Positions 54,566 through 64,000 of a stretch of 64,000 nucleotides of DNA are shown in pieces. The translations under genes were made by a program, and so were the position numbers. A model generated the notes under the pieces. It made no database searches, was not told the DNA's origin, and saw only the letters and a list, made by a program, of their open reading frames with translations. The number at the start of each line of letters is the position of its first letter. Position 1 is the stretch's first letter. The DNA comes from Paramecium tetraurelia (Eukaryota): contig CT868496.1 of NCBI GenBank assembly GCA_000165425.1, positions 248,001-312,000 on the forward strand, given 5' to 3'.

Positions 54566-57084
54566 ATGGATAAGTAAGCCCAAGAACGCATAAGTTTGGA
54601 TATAATTTCTCTGAATTCATAATTATAAATTGAAATGCCATCTCATTTTAAAGAATAATTTAAATAGGTTGCATCAGCTACTTTAAGTGCACTAAAATAG
54701 ATGGAAGCTGCTCCTTTATTAGTTCAAGTATAATTAAATTATAATACATAAATAAGAGCTATTAAGCTTTATAACGATTGTTGTTACAACTACTAAAGAA
54801 TGATTACCGAGACGATAATAGAGAGTCTAAGACCTTGAGAGAAGTCAAAGAGTTAGATAAATTGAGAGTAAATGCATTACTTGTCCAGAATAATAAATTA
54901 GCAATAGAAATAAAATAGTTGTCAAATAAGTACCCTAATTTCTATTATTAGATTAAAAGAACTGGAAGAAAGTCAAGATGTTGTCAAATTAAGAGAAGAA
55001 ATATAAAGGATTACTTAGGTAAAGGATGATTAAATTAATCGATTAATAATATTGAATGATACCAAAGAAAAGTAAGTGTCCAAGAACAGTCAACTTATCA
55101 TTTAATTGAAATCAGTAATCTAGAAGTAGGATAGTTAAATTCAAATTCTAGAAAACTATTTAGAAAGTGACAAAAAGAAATACAGTCATATTGAAAATAC
55201 ATATGACAAAATGGTTAGTGAAAATAGACATCTGAATGAGTTGTGCAAAATGCAAGAAGAAGATCTCACAGCTCACTATTTCAGATATAGACATTACTTA
55301 AGGGAGGAGGCTAAATCTAGAAAGAAATTGCTAATGCTGTAAGATGAGATAGACAAGATGAAAATCGAAAAGAGTAAGAGACCTGAAGTCCCAAAAGTAG
55401 ATCCAGAGTAGGAATAGAAGTTATTAAGACTTGCTTACAACTTTTCTCAAGATAAACAATACTTTAAAATTATGAAAGAACTCACTCAACTCAATATTAC
55501 TAAGTTGAGTGATCAAGAATAAACAACCATCATGTTCCTAAAAAATGTTCGTTATGATTATATTTACAATGATTCTCTGACTAAGTTCTAATATCCTCGT
55601 CCTAGTTTTCTATTGTTTTATGAATCAAATATGAAGAATTTGGAATCAGATTATAGGAACATCGAATTTCATTAAATTAGCATACTATTCTTTGCTACCA
55701 TCAGAGCAATTTTAGATTCATAATATAATGAATTTCTGTATCGGGATAATCAATATACGCTTGTTAAGTTTGCAGATTTTGTTTATGGATGGATAAGCAC
55801 TTTTATAATCAATCCCAAGACACGATAAATAGAAATAATTAAAGATAGAAGTTTTGAGCATCTAGAACCAATAAGAACTGATTTTATCTTGGATTGTTTA
55901 AGTCCTAAATTATCTAAATTACATGAAGTCATTATCTTTAAGTAACTTATATTATTTATAATAGTGAATTACTTTTTGAACTGAGTTCTCCAGATGAACT
56001 TTACTATTATTTATATTCCAGATTCTTGATTTTTAAAGGAAGTTTATCTCATTAACAGAGGTATAGTTTTGAAGCAGTCCTTTTTGTTTAATTGAGTTGG
56101 ATTCAATAAATTTTAGAATAGATCTTATGGAAATATGATCAATCTATGTACAATTAAATCAATTAAATAATAATTGAGAGCAGTGTAACAAAAGCAAAAG
56201 GGACAATTGTGGATGGGCATTACGTATTGAGAATTCTGCTTGAGTTATATAGGACAGAGAGGAAGAATCGATTGGCTATGCTTAAAGAAGTATTTAGTGC
56301 TTGTGTATCAGTATAAAGTTCAGGTAAGAGTGGAGTTACTTTTAAGAATTTCAAAAAAATATTCTAAAGCAATTTTCCAGAGGTTTCAGATTCAGAAATT
56401 TGTTCACTCTTTAGAGAATCATATATGTGTGGAGATGGAGTAGTGACAGCTGAATCATTTTTCACGGCTGCTTCTGAATCCTGCTTTTTTGTCAAATAGA
56501 TGTTACTCAAAACATTAAATAAGACCCCAGTGGTTGAGTTAAATGAAATCTCATACAAAGAAAGCAATTTACCCTTTCTGGATTTCTATTAACATTATAA
56601 GCAATTGCCACATCATCTAGTATAAAAATGCTGTCTATAATTTGGATTACACTCAGTTATTCTTGAATTAGAAGTGTTGCATAAACTCATCAAAAACTAT
56701 TTTTAAGATTAATACAATTAATATTCTCTCTTCTCTACAGTAACTAAGCTGATTCATATTTATAATACTGTTATTGACTTGCATATGAGACAGTAGAATA
56801 CATTCTGTAAGGATTGGGATTAAAGTGAGATTGAATCACTGAAATCTCTGAATAACTAATTATCTTAATTGTTCTCGCCATTAATAGAGTATGATTAGTA
56901 GAAGAAACTGTAAAATATTGCCAAATAGAGGAAATTAAGACCTCTGCAAATATTTGTAAAGAACAGAGTTTAAAGATTTTATTAAATGATAGCCAGTATC
57001 ATAAACAATAATAACATTAATGTAGCAGATCCATAAATGGCAAAGAGGAGATTTACGAAATAGTCTTCGATTAAAATGTAATGA
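54566..57084 (+). CDS. Coiled-coil protein with EF-hand-like C-terminal region
   Basis: MDKQAQER start and a long coiled coil, then VTFKNFKKIF..VSDSEICSLFRESYMCGDGVVTAESF. Several small introns. TGA at 57082-57084. Confidence 0.75.
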
Positions 57085-57129
57085 TTCTTTATACTCATAT
57101 ATATATATAATAATAGTAAATACATTAGA

Positions 57130-58257
57130 TCAATGTTTCTTTATTATCTATTTCTTTAAATTAACTAAGTTATGTATCAACATGATTCTCGATATTTCAT
57201 TTCGTTTATAATTTTGTAATTTAACTATAATATATTCCCCCAACTAATCAATTTATTGTAATATCTAATTATTATGAGATTTAATTTATTTCAAAAGTAT
57301 TAACTGTTCCATTTCCTATTCAATATCATCATCTAAATCGAATTTGTTAATCAGCACTTTGATAACTTCATTATTAATTTAATTTAGATTAAACGTTAAT
57401 TGTACTCTTTCATTCTCAAACTAACTTTTAATAAAGGAGTAGACTATGTTATATCATGGAGTACTTTATTGGTTTCCGATTGCTTAATAGAATTGCAATG
57501 TATCTCGAACGAATTGAAGAATTTCATCTTCAATTTCTTCTGGATTAGATGATAATAATTTGCATGCATTTTATAATTTGCTATATTGATAGGAATCTTC
57601 TTTTCGAAAAGTAGTTATAAGACTTGCATTTCGAAATTTATCATTTTAGCTTTACATTGATTCAAATTTGGATATCTATTATTTCTTAATTTTAAAGATG
57701 ATGAGTTACTTCTTAATTTGAGGTATTCAAATGTTATAAAATTGAATTTTCTTTAATCTAATTAGTTAATGTAATTAATAATTGTTAATGATTCTATAAC
57801 TATTCCTCTTAATTTGCAATAAGATCAGTGCTTTCTAAATAAATGAATTAAATTTACATTATAGTAGTCCCTTATAATGGAGGATGACTTTGTTATTAAT
57901 TTCTTGTTGTTGTAAATGTTGTGTTCTATCCTTTTTGAATTATATGACAGATGAATAAATGTGTAAAATGAGTGATTCATCATTACCATGATTGACTTCA
58001 AATATCTCATTGAGTTATTTACGAAAGGACTGTTACTATGATTACAATTAATTAATGAGTTCATCTTTTTATCTGATCTGGTCATTGAGTTTTTTCTAAT
58101 CATCATCTCTTAACAGAATCGATTGTCCTTCTGATTTTATTTGATTCGAATGATAACTCATAGATCTTGGCTTTTGTTTGTTCTATTTCTTGATGTTACT
58201 CATTATAGCATGAAGAGACACAACCTTATTGCTTGGTTTGAGTGGTTAGTTAAGCAT
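57130..58257 (-). CDS. Hypothetical coiled-coil protein
   Basis: MLNQPLKPSNKVVSL start and ...KKQIIKKH-TGA end under code 6. Confidence 0.7.
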
Positions 58258-58273
58258 TAAATTAATTATTAAT

Positions 58274-59932
58274 TCATGAATAATTCAATTTATTAGTTTC
58301 CGATTCCCATTTCGCTATTTATTCCATGAGAGTGTCTATGCAATCATCTGTAATTATATTTTTTGTATATAACATGTTGAGAATATCAACAATTTGATGC
58401 TCAACAATTCTTTTTAATACTGAATATTTAAACTCTATTGATAAGAGATCAAGTGAATTAAATAAATTCAAAAGATTGCAAGCCTTGAAACAGCTCTACA
58501 ATAATCTAGAGATTAATATTAATTAAATACATAACTCTAATTTACTACATAACATTTTATTCTATGAATATTTAATTGAGATTTATTTCGGTTAATTTCT
58601 AAAATTTAATTAGGTTTTTCACTAAAATCAAAAATTCATCAGCTAATTCTGCTTTCTAAATCATTTAACCTTCTAAAAATAGGTTGAGGAATGGCAAAAA
58701 GTGATAAATCACTACATTAGCTAATTATGGATATTAGAAAGTCAGAACGTTATTCAAACATTTATATATCTTGATAATTAAATTTTCATCTGATAAGTTT
58801 GATAACCAAACCATCATATTATTCAATAAACCAATTTCGATTAAATGCTTCTCAGTAGTCAACTCTGAAGCTGGAGAATCTTGATCATAATTCACAGAAG
58901 TGAAATTGATGAATAAACTATACATCAATAGGGGAAATTTGTTTATTTGTATCATTTTGACCCATAATTGTTTTGTTAAAACTATTGTAGTCTCTAGCTA
59001 ATATTAAGTACAGTAATTAATTAATATTAATGCTAACTCGTATAATTAATCTTAGTCTGAGAACTCTTTAATTACATAACCACACTACTTAAGAATTCGT
59101 TGCATCTATGTTGATATAATAAGACATACATTAGATTAAATTATTTCTACGCCTTGGATTGCTGGTTCCATGAAAAGCAGTTATTATAAATACAAGATTG
59201 AAATCCAAAGTTATTATGGTGGGTACTCCTTATAAATATATTGCCATATTTTAAAGAAAGGTGATTTCAATATTTCAATTTTCATTTAGACTCCTCTTTA
59301 ATCTTTCAAATCAAGTAACAAATTAATAAACAGTTAACAGAGCTGCAAGTAAGTAATAATATTACACTGTCGATTATTGATTACCAAACCTCCAAATTCT
59401 CATCTAAATTTTTTTTTGTATTCATTCGACCCAATATATCGTTTAAAAGGATGTCCTATATTTCCTGGCTCAATAAATTGTTAATGATTTAAGGAGCAGT
59501 CAGATATGTTATGTTAACCAATATCACAAGCACTTGGTTTATACAAAGTATTGTAATTTCATCTATGCTGCCTAATTGTGGAATATCAGACATTTGCAAA
59601 ATTTGCATGAATAATTGGATGGTTTCTTAATTTACACCAAAATGATTAATATATTGATTCATGAAGATATTATCAGCCTATTACTTCCTTAAAAGAATTA
59701 TAAGGAATTGCTCGTTGTACTTATATAGTAAATCCTTGAGAGTCTTAAAGTCCTTGAGCATAAAACTTTTATAAATTTAGAATATCATTTCATCAGGGGA
59801 GCACTTCAAGTCTGCATCTAGATTGCCATTCAAGACTGTTAGTCTCTTTTTTGAGAAGATCTCTTCTCTAGCTTGCTTTCGAATTTGAATTACAAATTGC
59901 TCCCGCTTCAATTGAACTTAAGAATTAATCAT
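58274..59932 (-). CDS. Divergent importin-alpha-like ARM protein
   Basis: N-terminal IBB-like KREQFVIQIRKQAREEIFSKKR, then degenerate ARM repeats (ILANFANV, FGNQQST, WLSNL, LFNSL). Confidence 0.75.
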
Positions 59933-59939
59933 TAAATTT

Positions 59940-60557
59940 ATGAATACTTATAAAAAGCCTCTTAATAACATTGAGTCACTCAGAAACCAGATTCAATAAT
60001 TGCAATTAGACCTTACAAAATAAAAATAAAACATTATTAGCAAAATTTATGGAAATCGCAGCTTCGAAACAACCCCCACGATGAACTAAGAAGAAAACTA
60101 CAAGTCTGCACTATTTTCAAATAAAATCTCAAAGAGATAAGACACACAATTGCATTAGGATTGGAATATCTACAAATCGAAATAAATTGAAAGAGATAAG
60201 TTACAACTTCAAGATCAATTACATTAGTTGGAGAATGAAAAAAAGAAAAAATTAGATTAGCTTTTTCAGGGTATTGAGTGCCGACCTATTACGAGAGTAC
60301 CAACTCAAGAAGCAGTAAGTCAATGAGGAATTTGATGCAAAGATGAAATACGTTCAGAATGAGCTTCAAAAACAAGATTAATTAAATAGTATTTATTCAC
60401 ATATACTTAGAATCATTGGAATAAGAATAATAAAAAAAATTAGTGAGTAGCTTTCGTAAAAATTGTATTTATTCATTTAAACCTCTTAGCAAACAAAGAG
60501 AAATTGAAGGTTCGTTTTTAAGGTGATTACTATGTTCGAGCAAGAACAGAGCATTGA
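59940..60557 (+). CDS. Small coiled-coil protein with ambiguous internal frame
   Basis: Open from ATG 59940 for about 125 codons. It needs a frameshift near 60265 or intron 60315-60342, plus further small introns, to reach YVRARTEH-TGA. Confidence 0.55.
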
Positions 60558-61234
60558 AAAATAATAAATTTTATATTTTTCATAATTTTGAATTATCATT
60601 AATAATTCTCATCTTCGTATATATTCAAGTTCAAAATTAAGAATCATAAAATACTAATAGATTTAAATTGAATTTATTTAAAATTTTTAAGAGTTGTATT
60701 ATTTTAAAATGCTTCTATACTATTGTAACTATTTATTTAAATTTTATAATTGCTTATGATATATTATCACATTAATTGGTTTACAAATAGAATTTGTATT
60801 TTATAAATAGATGAATAATCAAATTTGTCTATTACTATTCGAAATGTATTGAAGATAGTCGTTCAGAAAATGATTAAGGATATTGTTATGAACAAGGATA
60901 TGATTCAGCCTCTGAAAATACAATATATCATCAAAAAAAAATTAGATCTTAATGATTTGATGTTCTGGACTGAAAAATTCTGGCAAATTAGTTTTATTTT
61001 TGGGTATAAATAAGCAAACCTATTTGCGAGAATGTCCTTTAAATCTGGTAAATGAAAGTATATAAATAGATATATAATGATAATTACAATATACTACTAA
61101 ATTTGCAGTTTTGATTTCTATGCATTTTTGGCAATAAGACTGAACTTTTCTACATAATTGAAGGAATTTATTAAGTAAAATACTTCAATAAAATTCACAA
61201 AACATGTTTATTTATAATAATTATTGAATTAATT

Positions 61235-62176
61235 ATGGGTTTGGCAATATCTAAAAATAAAGCGGTTGTTTTAGCTTCATTAGGAATAGTTGGTTTTGGG
61301 TAAGTGTTTATTGAATATATCGAAGAGCATATTATATGCAAAAAGACACTAAATAGAAACTAAGTCTAGAGAAACTATTATCGAAGCATGATTTAGATTA
61401 ATACTTGGAAACAAATGATCGATCTATAGATTAAAAAATTGATATGAGCTATGATATCGAAATTAAATACAGTGAAGATCATTGTCTAGAAGCTAGTTGC
61501 ATAGTTGATATATATGCCAAATAGTTAGAGATGGCAGGAGATGATTTTGTTAAATTAAGCAAACAGAATCGTGTCCAGAGAAGAAGGTTACGAAAGTCAA
61601 ATTAATAGATATATGTTGATAGCATTGTCTAATTCATCATTGATGTTGAAGATGTCTTAGATTAAGCGTTAAAAAGACTTCTATATTAGTTAGATGTGCC
61701 CAAAGAAATATTTGAAGAGAGTGTACTGGTAAGAATGGATCAGGGATATTTTCAATAATTATATATGTTACAAGCCAGTGTCAAGCAAAAGATCAAAGAG
61801 AAAATTGAATCAACCAAGAAATTGAATTTAAAATAAATGAAGGACATTATTCAATTTAATGTACACATTCTTAAAAGCTTTCCATAAGAATTTCATGTCA
61901 TTTTGCATCGAATTGTATTTTACAATATAATATTTCGATTAGCCATCAGAAAATGTGATGCTGGTTCCCACAGTCATAAACATTATAGTATAAGATATAA
62001 TTTATGCTAAATTTGGAGTAGAAGAAGAAGACCAAATTACTAGTCTCAAGAATATCTAAGGAGATTAAGAAATCCACAATCTTCTCAACAAAGTAGAAAT
62101 AGAAATGAGTGGACTGTTAAAAGAATAAGGAATTAGATTAAATGATATTCCTGAAAGTCTAGAAAACTTTATTTGA
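61235..62176 (+). CDS. Hypothetical protein with N-terminal membrane anchor
   Basis: MGLAISKNKAVVLASLGIVGFG, then a GTAAGT intron and a helical acidic body (FGVEEED). TGA at 62174-62176. Confidence 0.75.
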
Positions 62177-62424
62177 TTTATAAATTTCATTATTTAGTTT
62201 ATTCAATTTGTTCACTTTTGTGAAAACTGGAATTTTTCGAATACATGAATAACTTGAAAATCCAATAAAAATACGAGAAAAAATTAATGATGGGCATCTT
62301 AAGAAAATCTAAAGAAATTTTTAAAGAAAAATTGTATATTTTAGATTCAGTAACTCATTAAATAAGATTACCTTATGATAAAAAATAATAATAAATCATT
62401 TGACTTTTTGTTTAATTTAATTAA

Positions 62425-64000
62425 TCAGTATTTTAGTTTCTTCTTCATCTTCTTATTCAAAGATAGTCCCGCTTAAATCAAATGTATAACCTGATTCAAT
62501 TTAATTTAAAGATTTCTATTTTAATTTATTTATCAATTCTGTTTTGCTAATGGTCCTTTCTACAAAAATTAAATCACAAGGTTTAAAATGCTAAAATTTT
62601 GCCCTTAAGTCAGCTTCATTAAAATCTTTATCTTCACTTTCTTAGAATTCAGTTACAATTATACTAATTATTGATTAGAACTTTCTAAAATATTTATAAA
62701 CTGAGAGGAGTTTTTTTTTCATTAGATCAGTTCTTTCAAAATTGACAACTAGAAAAATAGAGCGTACTAAATTTTGATACTGCAAAAATAGTTGTTGATA
62801 AAGCTTGATTTGTGCCTCCCTTTCATCAATATCGGATTCAAAATCAAAGCCTTAAGTGTCTACAAAGTTATAACTTAGCCTATCATCTATTTATAAATTA
62901 TTCAATTCAAATTCATTTATAGTTCCAGACTGATTAAATAGTTTTTTCATCAAAAATGTTTTACCGACTCCAGGAGATCCTAAAAATAAAGCTATGGGTT
63001 ATTATTTTAGGCATAAAGCATTAGGAGTAGAAATATCATATGTTCTATTTAATGATGTATTTTCTGTTTTCACATCATCATAATTTTATTATTCTTCTTT
63101 ATTTGGCATTTATTATTCAATATTTTATTTAGTTTTTGAATCCACATCTCCTTATTATAGTGCTGTAATAGGTATTTTTTATCCAGATTATTATTTAGAT
63201 TTTGCATTCAAATCTTCGTTAATTTATTATTCTTCTTTATTTGGCATTTATTATTCAATATTTTATTTAGTTTTTGAATCCACATCTCCTTATTATAGTG
63301 CTGTAATAGGTATTTTTTATCCAGATTATTATTTAGATTTTGCATTCAAATCTTCGTTAATTTATTATTCTTCTTTATTTGGCATTTATTATTCAATATT
63401 TTAAATAGTTTTTGAATTCACATGTTCCTAACTCTATTATAAAGCTGTATTAGGTATTTTTTATCCAGATTATTATTTAGATTTTGCATTCAAATCTTCG
63501 TTAATTTATTATTCTTCTTTATTTGGCATTTATTATTCAATATTTTAAATAGTTTTTGAATTCACATGTTCCTAACTCTATTATAAAGCTGTATAAGGTA
63601 TTTTTTATACAAATAATTATTTCTTGTTTGTCCAATTATTTGACTGATTATTTTTTGTACCTACTTGCACTCGCTCACATTTATTTGTGTCCTTAAGTCG
63701 TCTCATATTTCCTCTAGAAATTTGTTAAATATTATTCTCGTTGTTTATTTCTTCATTTTTTATTAATGTTGGTGAAATCTTTTTTGATTCAAATTCATTA
63801 TTTTAATTAATGCCTGCTTGTTTTAAAAAAGTTTTTTCTTTATTTTTTAATAAGGACTGTTGCATTTATAAATCATAATTTAGATTTCCTTTAGCTAACC
63901 CATTTTATTTAGTATTGCCAATTTAAACTTGTTTTGTTCTAAGTGGTTAATTTAAACAGGAATCTCCGTTAACCTTTGTAAAAATTTAATCCGTAGTTCT
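62425..64000 (-). CDS. P-loop GTPase-like protein preceded by tandem repeats, 5' end outside the window
   Basis: ALFLGSPGVGKT (G1), NFVDTQGF (G3), SIFLVVNFER and IIVTEF (degenerate G4). Ends KLKY-TGA. Confidence 0.8.
63086..63610 (-). repeat. Coding tandem repeat, about 3.7 units of 138/144 nt
   Basis: The anchor atttggcatttattattcaa occurs at 63101, 63239, 63377 and 63521 (spacings 138, 138, 144). Confidence 0.95.

Noticed and set aside
60700..61190. Possible gene, including track ORF 60825-61013
   Set aside because: The frames checked are interrupted by TGA and no consistent intron model was found. At most a relic.
63086..63610. CRISPR-like or satellite array
   Set aside because: Units are contiguous multiples of 3 with no unique spacers and translate in frame with the GTPase.
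1..64000. Apparent mass pseudogenisation or a novel recoding system (genes full of TAA/TAG)
   Set aside because: This is the known ciliate code 6. Conserved Gln positions (e.g. LSGGQKAR, TIHQP) use TAA/TAG and genes end at TGA.

Overview
Eukaryotic, very AT-rich, gene-dense DNA using the ciliate genetic code (TAA/TAG = Gln, TGA the only stop) with tiny 21-28 nt GT..AG introns. It is almost certainly Paramecium macronuclear sequence, so the supplied standard-code ORF track shows only fragments. Reading with code 6 gives about 29 genes: three ABCG half-transporters, a V-ATPase a subunit, a WD40 protein, mitoribosomal mS34, a large PH-BEACH-WD40 protein (150-N gap inside), a Sad/GabD-type aldehyde dehydrogenase, a flavin amine oxidase, a SHIPPO-repeat protein, a coiled-coil plus tandem-GAF protein, a WD40-only Gemin5-like protein, TMEM107, an ABCC transporter, a Tubby-like protein, a divergent alpha-like tubulin, a ~2,200-aa macroglobulin-like/AbpF-like protein with a polyproline insert, an importin-alpha-like protein, a repeat-bearing P-loop GTPase, several hypotheticals and some decayed gene relics. 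The most notable items are the giant polyproline protein, the Gemin5-like gene, the alpha-like tubulin with Lys at the catalytic E254 position, an apparent gene-conversion tract between tandem ABCG genes, and extremely short intergenic spacers. All translations were done by eye, and family calls rest on remembered motifs, not database searches.
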